NCBI GenBank assembly: GCA_965198005.1 | Contig: CBDAOI010000004.1 | Span: 1,216,001 to 1,280,000 of the forward strand | Length of the DNA: 64,000 bases | Direction: 5' to 3' | Origin: Spirochaetia bacterium | GTDB taxonomy: Bacteria; Spirochaetota; Spirochaetia; SZUA-6; Bin103 | Shown here: piece by piece, positions 51,334 through 61,444 of the stretch | Numbering within the stretch: position 1 is the stretch's first letter | Layout of the letters: each line of letters opens with the position of its first letter | Position numbers and translations under genes: made by a program | The notes under the pieces: generated by a model | The model's database searches: none | Seen by the model: only the letters and a program-made list of their open reading frames with translations | What the model was told of the DNA's origin: nothing

Positions 51334-54080
51334 TGGAACCCTGGTACAAAGTTGTGACATTGCGCAGGGAAGTACGGGAAGGACGCTCGTTCAGCCCGGA
51401 CGAGTTTGCCATCGCACTGGAGCAGGTGGTGGCGGATACGGCTCCCGAGGACTACCGCGACCCTGCGCAGTTCTTTTCTCGCACCTGCTTTACGCGCGCG
51501 CTGCAGGAACATACCGGCATGGTTCTTCGCCGGTTGTCGGGCAAGACCGAGGATACGGCGCCGGTTCTTACCCTCATCACCCAGTTCGGCGGCGGCAAGA
51601 CGCACACTCTTACTTCGCTGTTTCACTTGGCCAACGCTGGTGAGGCCGCCTCCAAGTTCACCGGAGTGCCCGATTTGCTGCGTAAGGCGCGGTTGACCGC
51701 AGTACCCGCAGCTCGCGTCGGCGTGTTCGTCGGCAACGCCTGGGATCCCACGTCGGGACGGGAAACGCCTTGGATCGATCTGGCGCGGCAACTGGCCGGT
51801 AAGCAGGGCGTTGCCGCGCTCGGCGCCGCCGCCCGGACGACGCCGCCAGGGACCGAGGCACTGGCGCGCGTGTTTGCCGCCGCGCAGGCGCCGGTGCTGC
51901 TGCTGTTCGACGAAGTGCTCAACTTCGTCAACCGCCATCGGGCCTTGGCCGAGAGCTTCCACGCCTTCCTGCAGAATCTGACGGTCGCCGTCACCGGCAG
52001 CAGCCGCGCCGCCGCAGTGGTCAGCCTGCCGCGCAGCCAGGTGGAGATGAGCGACTGGGATCAGCAGTGGCAGGAGCGCATCACCAAGGTGGTAAGGCGG
52101 GTGGCGCGTGACCTGATCGCCAACGACGAGTCGGAGATCAGCGACGTGGTGCGGCGCCGGCTGTTCGAGGATCTCGGCAGCGAACGCGTGCGCAAGAGAA
52201 TCGCCAGAACCTACGCGGACTGGTGTTACGAGCGATCCGCCCACCTGCCCACCGAGTGGCTCGTCGTCGACACTGCGACGACGGAATCCAAGGCGCGCGA
52301 GTTTCTGCGGGGCCGGTTCGAAGCGTGCTATCCGTTCCATCCGGCGACGCTGTCGGTGTTTCAGCGCAAGTGGCGCGCGCTCGCCCAGTTTCAGCAGACC
52401 CGGGGCGCGTTGGCGATGCTGGCGCAGTGGATCTCCTGGGCTGCCCGCGAGCAGTTTCAGAGGGCGAGAACGGAGCCGTTGATCACGTTGGGATCGGCGC
52501 CGCTCGACGTTCCCGAGTTTCGTGCGGTGGTGCTGGGGCAACTGGGCGAATCGCGCCTCGACGTCGCGATTGAGGCCGACCTTGCCGGTCCGATGGCACA
52601 TGCGCGATCGCTAGACATCGACGCCAAGGGGGCTCTGCGCGACATCCACCGCCGCGTGGGCACGGCTATCCTGTTCGAGTCTTCCGGTGGGCAGGTGGAC
52701 AAGGTGGCTCATCTGCCCGAATTGCGCTTCGCGGTCGGCGAGCCCGACGTCGATACGACCACCATCGACAACGCCGCGATCGCGCTGGAAGGGTCCGGCT
52801 TCTTCATGCGCAAGGTCGGCACGGACGGTTACCGCATCCATCACCAGGCGACCCTGAAGAAGGTGGTCAGCGACCGGCGGGCGTCCCTCGACGAGGAGAC
52901 CGAGATCAAGCCGGCGCTCCGCAAGCTGGTCGAAACCGAGTTCAGGGCGGGCGCCACGCTTCCGGTCGTGTTCTTCCCGGAGGAGAGCACCGCGATACAG
53001 GATTCGCCGCGTCTCATGCTGATCGTGCTTGATCCCGATGACGAGTGGAAGGATGGCAACCGGGTGGTCGAGCGCATCGGCAGTTGGACAACCCAACGGG
53101 GCGAGTCTCCACGGTTGTACCCCGGCGCCCCGGTCTGGTGTGCGCGGAAGCCGGGCCGCGAGCTTCGGCGGAAGGTCGAGTTGTGGCTCGCCTGGGAGCG
53201 GGTGGCTCGTGAGTTGAACGAAGGCATCCTCGGCGCCGAGTACGACCGCACGGAGCGCTCCGGCGTACAAGCGCAGGTGAGGGACGCTCGGGAAGCGGCC
53301 AAGGATGAAGTGTGGGCCGGCTACCGCTTCGTGGCGTTGGCCGATACCCAGGAGCGGCAGGGGCTCAGGATCATCGACCTCGGAGCCGGCCACGCCAGTG
53401 CGGGTGAGACCCTGTGCGGCCGCATCATCAGCGTGCTGAAGACCGAGGCTTTGTTGAACGAGTCCGTCGGCGCCGGCTACCTCGGCCGCAACTGGCCTCC
53501 GGCGCTCAAGGAGGCCGGCGAATGGCCGCTGACCAGCCTGCGCCAGAGCTTCCTCAACGGCGCGCTGACACGGCTCATCGACACCGACGCGGTCCTGCGC
53601 CGGCAGATTATGGCATTCGTATCGAACGGCGACTTCGGCCTCGCCTCCGGCCGCCGCGAGGATGGCGGTTTCGACCGGCTGTGGTACGCCGAGCTGCTTC
53701 CGCCGGAAGAGGTGGCGTTCGAGGCGAATGTCTTCCTGTTGACCAAGTCCAAAACCGAGAAGTTGAAGCCCCGACCGGGGCCTGCTCCGAGCCCGGGTCC
53801 GGACCCGAAACCCGATCCGGGGCCGGCACCAGAACCCAAGCCGCCCCCCCCTGCTTCCGATACCACGCTCCGGCTTTCCGGTACTGTTCCCCCCGAAGTC
53901 TGGAGCCGGATCGGATTCAAGCTGTTGCCGAAGCTACGTTCGGGTAGGGATTTCAACGCGAGTATCGAAATCTCGGTAACCGTCGACGCACAGACTGCAG
54001 GGAGCATGGTCTCAGACGTAAAACAGATTCTAAGTGATCTCGGCCTGACCGACCGGATTCAAGTCGACGAAACGCAATAA
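51333..54080 (+). CDS. DUF499 AAA+ ATPase
   Basis: MEPWYKVV...FAIALEQV, TQFGGGKTH, LFDEV, YPFHP, FQQTRGAL; Pro-rich linker near the C-terminus. Confidence 0.9.
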   Translation: MEPWYKVVTLRREVREGRSFSPDEFAIALEQVVADTAPEDYRDPAQFFSRTCFTRALQEHTGMVLRRLSGKTEDTAPVLTLITQFGGGKTHTLTSLFHLANAGEAASKFTGVPDLLRKARLTAVPAARVGVFVGNAWDPTSGRETPWIDLARQLAGKQGVAALGAAARTTPPGTEALARVFAAAQAPVLLLFDEVLNFVNRHRALAESFHAFLQNLTVAVTGSSRAAAVVSLPRSQVEMSDWDQQWQERITKVVRRVARDLIANDESEISDVVRRRLFEDLGSERVRKRIARTYADWCYERSAHLPTEWLVVDTATTESKAREFLRGRFEACYPFHPATLSVFQRKWRALAQFQQTRGALAMLAQWISWAAREQFQRARTEPLITLGSAPLDVPEFRAVVLGQLGESRLDVAIEADLAGPMAHARSLDIDAKGALRDIHRRVGTAILFESSGGQVDKVAHLPELRFAVGEPDVDTTTIDNAAIALEGSGFFMRKVGTDGYRIHHQATLKKVVSDRRASLDEETEIKPALRKLVETEFRAGATLPVVFFPEESTAIQDSPRLMLIVLDPDDEWKDGNRVVERIGSWTTQRGESPRLYPGAPVWCARKPGRELRRKVELWLAWERVARELNEGILGAEYDRTERSGVQAQVRDAREAAKDEVWAGYRFVALADTQERQGLRIIDLGAGHASAGETLCGRIISVLKTEALLNESVGAGYLGRNWPPALKEAGEWPLTSLRQSFLNGALTRLIDTDAVLRRQIMAFVSNGDFGLASGRREDGGFDRLWYAELLPPEEVAFEANVFLLTKSKTEKLKPRPGPAPSPGPDPKPDPGPAPEPKPPPPASDTTLRLSGTVPPEVWSRIGFKLLPKLRSGRDFNASIEISVTVDAQTAGSMVSDVKQILSDLGLTDRIQVDETQ

Positions 54081-54084
54081 GTAG

Positions 54085-57000
54085 TCAGATCTCGGTGGCG
54101 AGCTCGAGGTAGCGGCAGAAGGCGTTGGCGAGCTGGATCTGGCGGGGGGTGCGGCACTCGGGCTCGAACAGGAGCGGGTTGGCGACCAGGATGCAGGCGC
54201 AGCGGGCGCGGGAGGTTGCGACGTTGAGGCGGTTGAGGCTGAACAGGAATTCCATGCCGTGAGGGGCGTCCTCGGGTGACGAGGTGGCCATCGAGTAGAT
54301 CACCACCGGCGCCTCCTGGCCCTGGAACTTGTCGACGGTCCCGACGCGTGCCCCCGGCAGCCGCTCGCCGAGGGCGCTGACGTGGAGGTTGTAGGGCGCT
54401 ACGATCAGGATGTCGCGCTCGGTGAGGCGCGCGGTGCGGCCTTCGCGGTCGGTCCAGGCGAGGTTGCCCGACGCCAGGGTCTCATACAGGGCGGCGACCC
54501 GCGCCACCTCCTCGGCGGAGGTGTTCTGGTTGCCGTGGTGGGCGACGGGGGCGAACCACAGGCCGGCGCCGGCGAGCGGGGTCGGTCCGGTTACGGCCTG
54601 AGAGGCCAGGGCGGGGCGGGATTGGAGCCGTCCTTCGTAGAACAGCTCCGAGGTGAGCGCGCAGATCGAAGGGTGCAGGCGCCAGGTCTCGGCGAGGAAC
54701 AGCCCCTGCTCGGGGGCGATGGTGCGGTTGTCTCCCAGCAGGTGCTGGAGGGCCGATACTTCGGTGCCGTCGGGATGGCTGCCGCGCAGCGGCTGGTCGA
54801 GTTGCCGCGGGTCGCCGAGCAGCACGACGTTGCGCGCCGCCTGCGCCACCGCCAGCACGTTGGCCAGCGACATCTGGCCGGCCTCGTCCACGAACAGCAC
54901 GTCGATCGCTTCCGCCAGCTCTGCGCGCGCCCACAGCCAGGCGGTCCCGCCCGCTACCTGCACGCGGCCATCCTCGAGTGCGGCGCCGACTTCCCGGTTG
55001 GCGGTGGTCTCCGGAATCGGCTGACCCGTTTCCTCGACCTTGGCCGCCTTGCCGCTGACTTTCTGCAGGCAGCGCAGGTCGATTGCCCGCTCGCGGGCGG
55101 CGTCCACCACCGACTCCAGCAGGTTGCGGATCACCTTGTGGCTGATGGCGGTCACGCCCACCTGCTTGCCGGCGCGCACCAGCTCGCAGATCATGCGCGC
55201 CCCGGTGTAGGTCTTGCCCGAGCCGGGGGGACCTTGAATGCCGAGCACGCCGCCGTCCAACTCGCGGGCCAATCGGCGGGCGGTAGCCAAGGGGTCTTCC
55301 CCCGGCTGCTGGATCGAGCCGCCGGCCGGGGACGCAATGCGCAGGCGCGGGGCGCGGCCGAGCAGCAGGTCGCGCGCCGCACGGTGCGGGCCGGGGGCGT
55401 CGACCCAGGCGTCAACCCCTTGGTCGGCCACCCACTCGCCAAGGCGCAGCAGGGCATCCGCCAGTTCCCCGGCCCGAACTACGGTATGCGAGAACACCGC
55501 GCGGGGGTGCAGGTACACCGCCTTCATCCGTTTCTTGATGTCGACGGTGCGCCGCGTCTCGTCGATGCCGTGCACCGTGCCTACCTGATCGCCGCCCGTG
55601 ACGTGCAGCGAGTCCCCCGTCCGGAGCCTGGTCTCCTGTGGTGGAAACCGATAGCGATGGACCGGCGCGCGTTTCGTGCCACCGGTGGCGCACACGAATT
55701 CCAGACCGGCCAGCGCCAGATCCTCCTCCATCAGTTCGGCGTCGTCGAGCGCCGCCAGCCTGAAGAAATCCCACCACGGCGCCTTTTCCTCACGGCGATG
55801 CCAGTCGAGCAGGTGCGCCAGCAGCCAGCGCGCCTGCTCCTCCGGCGACCGCCCCTGCCGCTCGGCGGGCACGCCGCGCAGTAGCCGCTGCATGAGTGCC
55901 AGCACGCGCTGGCGCCGCTCGTCGACCTGCTCGCTCGGCGCGCCGTCCGCCGCGGTCGGGCGGGGGAGTTCCTCACCCCGCGCGAGCAGGTCGGCCCGGA
56001 TGCCCTCCAGCCAGTCGCGCAGGTACACCATGGAAACGCAGTCGTCGCGGTTGTACGCCTCGACCACGTTCCATACCGCCGCCGGCACATCCTCCGTCCG
56101 TCCCAGCTCCAATGCGTGCTCGAGGGTGTGCAGGTTCCGTGACGCGTCGCGCAGTGCGGTGGCTCGCTCGTAGCCGTAGAACCGTTCCAGGTCCTTGATG
56201 GAGTAGCGCTCGACGCCGGCGCGCACGGCCTGCCGGGTGATCGCGTAGAGATCGACGAACAGCCCCGCGCGCAGCATCCCGTCGATCTCGTCCTCGCGCG
56301 TGGCGTAGCGGCCCATCAGCCGTTTGATCGCCCCGGGCTCGTAGGGCGCGAAGTGATAGACGTGGAGATCGGGATGGCGCTCCCAGCGCTCCCGCACCTC
56401 GTCGATGAACGCTTCGAACGCGGCTCGCTCCTGTGCGCCGTCCAGCGCCCACCGGGTACGGTAGTCGAGACCCCCGGCGGCGTCGCGCACGACCCATCCC
56501 AGCAGGTACTCGAGCCCGCCGGTGCCGACGAACCGATCCCCTTCGATGTCGAAGAAGATATCGCCGGCGGAGGGCGCCGGCAGGCGTGCGAGCCCCAACT
56601 CGGGCTGACGCGGGAGCAGCTCGTGGTAGGGCGCCCGCCGCCGCCTCCCTTCGAGCTGAACGCGTGCCTGCTCGCGCACGCGTGCGTACGCCTCGGCCGA
56701 GCCACGCCGCGGCCGGGGATCCAGCGGCAACGGCAGGCGGGCCAAGCCGGTCAGGGTCGCGACTCCCCGCTCGCTCAGCTCACCGCGCTGCAGCGTCGAG
56801 ATCCCGGCCACCAGAGACAGGTGATCGTCGGCGCGGCGCCGCTGGTCGCAGGCGGACCACCACCGGCAGATGTCGCATTGCGGCACCGGATCGGGGTAGG
56901 TGGACGGCAGGGAACCCGGCGCAGCCGCAGCCACCCGCGCGAGCCGGCGGCGCACGAGCCGGTAGTAGGCGAGGTACTCGTGCACCCGATATGACTCGGA

Positions 57001-57525
57001 AGTGAAGTCGGTGCCCGGCGTCACCACGTGCATCTGCTCAGGCATCCGGCCCTGAATCGCGCCGACCAGCTCGGAGTACAGGCAGAGCTGCAGGATGGTG
57101 CCGGCGCGAGTCTGTCGGGCGAGCTTGGTGTCCACCACCTCGTAGGACCAGTCGCCCAGCGCGCTCGGCGCCGGCACCCGGCGCAGAATATCGGCCCGCC
57201 CGTACCAGGCGCCGTGCGCGAGCGTCGCCTGGACGATCACGTCGGCGCCGCGCCGCATCGCCGCGGCGGTGGCGTCGACGCCGGTGCGCCCGTCGGTCCC
57301 CGCGCCGCGGTCCACGGCCAGCCCCTGCCCACGCAGATGCGCGAGATACTGTTCCTCATGCTCGAACCCGCGCTGCTGCAGGATCTCCAGCGCCGGGTCG
57401 CGCCAGCGCGGCGGCTTCAGTTCGCCCCGCGCCGCCGCCAGGTCGAGCATGGTCAGGTGGCGGCACCCCAGGTGATTCGCGAGGTCGCTCGCCGACAGCC
57501 GGCCCGCCCCGTGTTCGATGCGCAT
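54085..57525 (-). CDS. TM0106-family RecB/Cas4-like nuclease + RNase H-like + SF1 (Upf1-like) helicase
   Basis: ASDL...LGC.H, GRADIL, VVDTK, CDIC.W..C, FFDIEGD, YNRDDC, QGPPGSGKT, DEAGQ, TVDKFQGQE, NRLNVATSRA. Confidence 0.92.
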   Translation of the reverse strand: MRIEHGAGRLSASDLANHLGCRHLTMLDLAAARGELKPPRWRDPALEILQQRGFEHEEQYLAHLRGQGLAVDRGAGTDGRTGVDATAAAMRRGADVIVQATLAHGAWYGRADILRRVPAPSALGDWSYEVVDTKLARQTRAGTILQLCLYSELVGAIQGRMPEQMHVVTPGTDFTSESYRVHEYLAYYRLVRRRLARVAAAAPGSLPSTYPDPVPQCDICRWWSACDQRRRADDHLSLVAGISTLQRGELSERGVATLTGLARLPLPLDPRPRRGSAEAYARVREQARVQLEGRRRRAPYHELLPRQPELGLARLPAPSAGDIFFDIEGDRFVGTGGLEYLLGWVVRDAAGGLDYRTRWALDGAQERAAFEAFIDEVRERWERHPDLHVYHFAPYEPGAIKRLMGRYATREDEIDGMLRAGLFVDLYAITRQAVRAGVERYSIKDLERFYGYERATALRDASRNLHTLEHALELGRTEDVPAAVWNVVEAYNRDDCVSMVYLRDWLEGIRADLLARGEELPRPTAADGAPSEQVDERRQRVLALMQRLLRGVPAERQGRSPEEQARWLLAHLLDWHRREEKAPWWDFFRLAALDDAELMEEDLALAGLEFVCATGGTKRAPVHRYRFPPQETRLRTGDSLHVTGGDQVGTVHGIDETRRTVDIKKRMKAVYLHPRAVFSHTVVRAGELADALLRLGEWVADQGVDAWVDAPGPHRAARDLLLGRAPRLRIASPAGGSIQQPGEDPLATARRLARELDGGVLGIQGPPGSGKTYTGARMICELVRAGKQVGVTAISHKVIRNLLESVVDAARERAIDLRCLQKVSGKAAKVEETGQPIPETTANREVGAALEDGRVQVAGGTAWLWARAELAEAIDVLFVDEAGQMSLANVLAVAQAARNVVLLGDPRQLDQPLRGSHPDGTEVSALQHLLGDNRTIAPEQGLFLAETWRLHPSICALTSELFYEGRLQSRPALASQAVTGPTPLAGAGLWFAPVAHHGNQNTSAEEVARVAALYETLASGNLAWTDREGRTARLTERDILIVAPYNLHVSALGERLPGARVGTVDKFQGQEAPVVIYSMATSSPEDAPHGMEFLFSLNRLNVATSRARCACILVANPLLFEPECRTPRQIQLANAFCRYLELATEI

Positions 57526-57734
57526 CGGTGCGTGCAGTATACTGAAGCCCAGTCGGGCTTGAGGCTGCATGCTGATCGAAGTGCCGGCGACTCTGGGGAG
57601 ACGTCAGGCCTCGTCCGTTCGCGACAACTTGCGCGAACGGTGTGACCGGCTTGATACGATGTTGAGCGCCGCGTTTGAAGTGGAACCCGTCGAACACGGA
57701 ATCGCGCGTCCGGCGTGCGTCTGAACGGGAGTGG

Positions 57735-58943
57735 TCAGGTCAGCCGCTGCTGGATGAACCGACGCAGGATGCGGTAGTACTCCAGCATCGAGGCGAGGTC
57801 GATCCACTCGTCCGGGCGGTGGATGTTGCCCACCACCGGGCGGCTGATGATCACCGGAATGCCGCGCTGCGACAGGAAGCGGGCGTCGCTGGTGCCGGCG
57901 GTGCGGACCTCCTCCAACGGGCGCCCCAGCACCCGTTCACCGATCGCCAGGTACTCCGCGTCGGGCACCATCGCGGTCGGCTCGTCACCCACCCGCAGCG
58001 TCACCAGCGCGTCCGGGCTCAGCCGGGCGCGCACCGCCTCCAGCATGGTCGCCGTGGTCCAGGGCGGGGTGAAGCGCACGTCCACCCCGGCGCGCGCGAA
58101 CGCGGGCACGCGGTTCAGCGTCCGGCTCTCCGACTCCAGGGTGGTCACGGTCGCGGTCGGATGCCAGTGGTCGCCGATCGCCTCCACGCCGGAATCGGCG
58201 AAATCTGCGAACAGGGCCCGCAGCCGGGCCAGGTCGTCGAGCATGGCGTCCACCGGGTTGCGTCCCAGCCAGGGGTAGGCGGCGTGGCTCGAGGCGCCGC
58301 GCCACTCCAGGTCGAGGTGCAACAGTCCCTTTTCCGCCACCACCACCGAATCGATGGAGCCGCCGTCCGGCAGCAGCGCCAGACCGCACGCCAGCCCCTG
58401 TTCCGCCAGATGACCGGCGCCGTCCCGGCCGCCGCGCTCTTCGTCAGCGGTCACCGCCAAGCCCAGCGAAATGCCGGGGTAGCGGTGGTGCGTCTCGGCG
58501 AACAGGGTGATCAGAATGGCCAGGGCGCCCTTCATGTCGCCCGCGCCGGGACCGCAGATGCGCCCTCCCTCCACGTGCGGGCGGTACAGACCGCGGTCGC
58601 CGTGGTCGACCACGTCAATGTGGGCCAGCAGCAGGACTTCGGGCCGCTCCACCTGCGCGGGCCGCGCCACCAGCGACGGCACCCCGGCCCGGCAATGCGC
58701 GTCCAGGCGCAGGCCGGCCACGGTGTCGAGCTCGGTCCGCACGAGGTCGAGGCCGCGCTCCATCTCGGCCGGGTAGGCCGCGGAGCTGGGGACCAGGATG
58801 AGGTCGCGGGTGAGGGATACGAGGCGATCGCGCAGTGCTTCCCCGGAATACGCTTCCCCGGAATACGCTTCCTCCGAGTACGCCTCCCCGGCGTACGCCT
58901 CCCCGGCGTACGCCTCTCGAACGCAGGTATCAGTCGCGCTCAT
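57735..58943 (-). CDS. M20 family metallopeptidase/deacylase (ArgE/DapE-like) with N-terminal pentapeptide repeats
   Basis: AHIDVV, GAGDMKG, DEERGG, SDARF, IHRPDEW; start overlaps the upstream stop by 14 nt. Confidence 0.88.
   Translation of the reverse strand: MSATDTCVREAYAGEAYAGEAYSEEAYSGEAYSGEALRDRLVSLTRDLILVPSSAAYPAEMERGLDLVRTELDTVAGLRLDAHCRAGVPSLVARPAQVERPEVLLLAHIDVVDHGDRGLYRPHVEGGRICGPGAGDMKGALAILITLFAETHHRYPGISLGLAVTADEERGGRDGAGHLAEQGLACGLALLPDGGSIDSVVVAEKGLLHLDLEWRGASSHAAYPWLGRNPVDAMLDDLARLRALFADFADSGVEAIGDHWHPTATVTTLESESRTLNRVPAFARAGVDVRFTPPWTTATMLEAVRARLSPDALVTLRVGDEPTAMVPDAEYLAIGERVLGRPLEEVRTAGTSDARFLSQRGIPVIISRPVVGNIHRPDEWIDLASMLEYYRILRRFIQQRLT
58837..58916. repeat. 15-bp tandem repeat, about 5.3 copies, encoding EAY(A/S)(G/E)
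   Basis: Plus-strand units GC(T/C)TCC(C/T)C(G/C)G...TAC starting at 58837, 58852, 58867, 58882 and 58897. Confidence 0.9.
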
Positions 58944-60264
58944 AGTACCACTTGACGTGGAAGGCCCGTTCCACCAATCCGCACATGCGCTGCACGGCGG
59001 CGGCGTCCGGCCCCAGGCTCAGCAGCTGGCTCTTGGTGACCCGCCGGTTGCCGTCCAGGTTGAAGTTGATCGGCAGCACGCCGGCCTCGGCCGCCGGGTG
59101 AAACAGGCACCCTGCGGCCGTCAGCGCGGCCAGCACGTCCGCCGCCGGCAGCGAGTGATGGAAGCGCAGGTTGCGCATCAGCCACGCGCCGCCGGGCAGG
59201 AAGCGGCGCGCCAGAATGGAAGGGTAGGAGGCGCCGGTGACGCGGGCGTTGATCTCGGCCGCGATCGCCTGCAGCGCGCCCGCCCGGCGCAGGAGCACGA
59301 AGTCCACCGACGCGGTGCCGCGGTACCCCTGGGCGTGCAGCCAGCGCGCCACCGGCGCCGCCACCGCGAGCAGCTCGTCGATCGCCTGCGGCAGCTCGGC
59401 CGCGTACGGCGGCGGCGCCAGGTTGCCCTCGTGCACGCTGCCGGCGTCGAGGATCTGCTCGGTCACGTCGTACAGGCAGACTTCGCGCTCGCTCAGGAAG
59501 AGCTGCACGCTCGGCGATCCCAGCAGCTCCACGCCGTTGCAGCCGTCCGCCAGCCAGCCCTGCACCAGGCAGGCGCCTTCGTGAAACAGGTAGTCGGGAA
59601 CGTGCGCGCTAGCGGCGCCGGCGGCCGGCACGCACAGCAGGCCGACGCCGGAGCCGCCGAACGGGGCCTTGATCACCACCTCGGCGTAACCGCGCGCCTG
59701 CAGGCGGCGGCAGCAGTCGAGCGTCTGACCGGCCGTCGCGGCGACCTCGGTATCGAAGGTAGGCAGTCCGGCGCCGGCCAGGAACCGGTGCAGCAGCAGC
59801 TTGTTGTTGCCGTTGTAGCTGCCGGCGTGGCTGCTCAGGGTGCGCTTGCCGGCGCCGTGCGCCAACTCCACCAGGGTCCGGTCGGTCACGAACCCGTCCA
59901 TCCAGGGCGCCGGATGGGCACGTAGCCGCTCCCGCAACGCGGCGCGCTCGCCGCGCGCCTGCGGCCGCCCGCGGTAGGCGGCGCGGCTGGTGAGGCAGAA
60001 CTCCGGCAGCGTGAGGCCCAACCGTTGGTGGTAGGCGCACAGCTCGCCGTCGGGTTCTGTTTCAAGCACCAGCAGGTTGCGCCCGCCGGTGAACAGGAGG
60101 TCGATCAGCGGCAGCAGGCGCCCGCCGTAGGAGTCGATCTCCTTGATCTGCTCGGCCAGCGCCTCCGCCTGCCCGTCGTTGCCGTAGAACTGCGACAGCA
60201 GATTGGCCACGAACACCGCACTACGATCCCAGAACCGCGGCAGGCGGCCCGGATGAATCCGCAT
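58930..60264 (-). CDS. ATP-grasp domain protein (putative peptide/amide ligase)
   Basis: NNK.LLH, VVIKAPFGGSGVG, LVQGW, SPSVQ, HEGN, GTASVDF, AEINAR. Confidence 0.8.
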   Translation of the reverse strand: MRIHPGRLPRFWDRSAVFVANLLSQFYGNDGQAEALAEQIKEIDSYGGRLLPLIDLLFTGGRNLLVLETEPDGELCAYHQRLGLTLPEFCLTSRAAYRGRPQARGERAALRERLRAHPAPWMDGFVTDRTLVELAHGAGKRTLSSHAGSYNGNNKLLLHRFLAGAGLPTFDTEVAATAGQTLDCCRRLQARGYAEVVIKAPFGGSGVGLLCVPAAGAASAHVPDYLFHEGACLVQGWLADGCNGVELLGSPSVQLFLSEREVCLYDVTEQILDAGSVHEGNLAPPPYAAELPQAIDELLAVAAPVARWLHAQGYRGTASVDFVLLRRAGALQAIAAEINARVTGASYPSILARRFLPGGAWLMRNLRFHHSLPAADVLAALTAAGCLFHPAAEAGVLPINFNLDGNRRVTKSQLLSLGPDAAAVQRMCGLVERAFHVKWYYERD

Positions 60265-60426
60265 CTCCGGCGCACGTTGGGAATTGCTGGTATTGCTCTC
60301 GATCGATCCCGCCAGAATGACACGATAATACGGCGGCGCCACCGGTCCGGCCAGTGTTATCCGCCGTTATCCTAATCCGGGGTCCTATCCGCCCGTATAT
60401 TGCATCGCCCCGGCGGCGCGCGTAGC

Positions 60427-60996
60427 ATGCCACGTGACCATGTGACTACCGTGAGCAGCGCACGCATCGGGATCGTCGGCTGCGGCGCCATCTCCCACAC
60501 GCACGCCGCGGCGGCCGCGCACTCGGGCGGGGCGGCGCGCTTGGTTGCCTGCTGCGACGTCGACCGCTCTCGGGCCGAAGCGTGGGCGGCGCGGTACGAG
60601 GTCGAGGGCGCGTACGGCGAGCTGGCCGCGATGCTCGACGCCGAGCAGCTCGGCGGCGTGCTGCTGGCTACTTGGCCGAACCTGCACCGGACGCAGATCG
60701 AAGAGTGCCTGCGCCACGGGGCGCGCCATATCCTGTGCGAGAAGTCGCTGGCGGTCAGCGGTTCCGAGGCGGCCGAGATCCACGCGCTGGCGACCAGTTC
60801 CGGGGTCATCTACGGTCTCACCCAGGGCGGGCCGGCGGGGGCGTCGGAGACGATGATCTTCCGCGTCTGGCGGGTGGCGTTCTCGGACCTGGACCTGGGT
60901 TATGCGGCGACCATCGCGCTGCTCATGGCGGCGATGATTCTGTGCGTCACGGTCCTGTTCGTGGTCGGCCTCTCGCGCCAGTCGACCACCTACTGA
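60427..60996 (+). pseudogene. Chimera: Gfo/Idh/MocA oxidoreductase N-terminus fused in frame to a carbohydrate ABC permease C-terminus
   Basis: IGIVGCGAI...HILCEKSLA, then near 60803 IYGLTQGGPAGASET...GYAATIA. Confidence 0.85.
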
Positions 60997-61000
60997 CGCC

Positions 61001-61417
61001 GGTGCGCGCGCCGCTCCTCCGCCCCCGCCACCGGCAGGCTCTGCTCACCTACGCGGTCGCGGTGGTGCTGGTTCCGATCTATCTGTTTCCGATTCTGACC
61101 TGGGGTTCGCCAAGTACGTGGCGAACAGCCTGCTGGTCACCACGCCGGCCACCGTGATCTCGATCGCCGCCGGTTCGGTGGCGGCCTACGGGTTGGTGCG
61201 AATGGACATCAGAGGCGGCAAGTGGATCGCGTACCTGCTGCTGTTCACCCGCTTCATTCCGCCGGTGGCGGTGCTGGTGCCGTTCTTCGTGCTGATCTCG
61301 GCCGTGGGTCTGTACGATTCCTGCCTGGCGCTGATCCTGTCCGTGCCGGTGGTGCTGCTGGCCACGGTGATGCAGAAGTTTGTGACCCGCGGACTCATGC
61401 TGGGCGCCATCAAGTAG
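61001..61417 (+). pseudogene. Carbohydrate ABC permease (MalG-like) with internal deletions
   Basis: YLFPI | ANSLLV...AAYGL...LYDS.LALI | SVPVV...QKFVTRGL..GAIK; EAA loop missing. Confidence 0.8.
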
Positions 61418-61444
61418 ATCAAGTCGATCAAGTCGATCAAGTCG
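61409..61444 (+). repeat. 9-bp tandem repeat x4
   Basis: ATCAAGTAG then (ATCAAGTCG)3, spanning the permease stop codon. Confidence 0.9.

Noticed and set aside
54085-57525. Cas4-like nuclease as evidence of a CRISPR-Cas locus
   Set aside because: It is the N-terminal domain of a TM0106-type helicase fusion; no cas1/cas2 or array nearby.
58837-58916. Short repeats as a possible CRISPR array (also 61409-61444 and 14680-14800)
   Set aside because: Units are 9-15 bp, contiguous and without unique spacers; two of the three are in-frame coding repeats; no cas operon.
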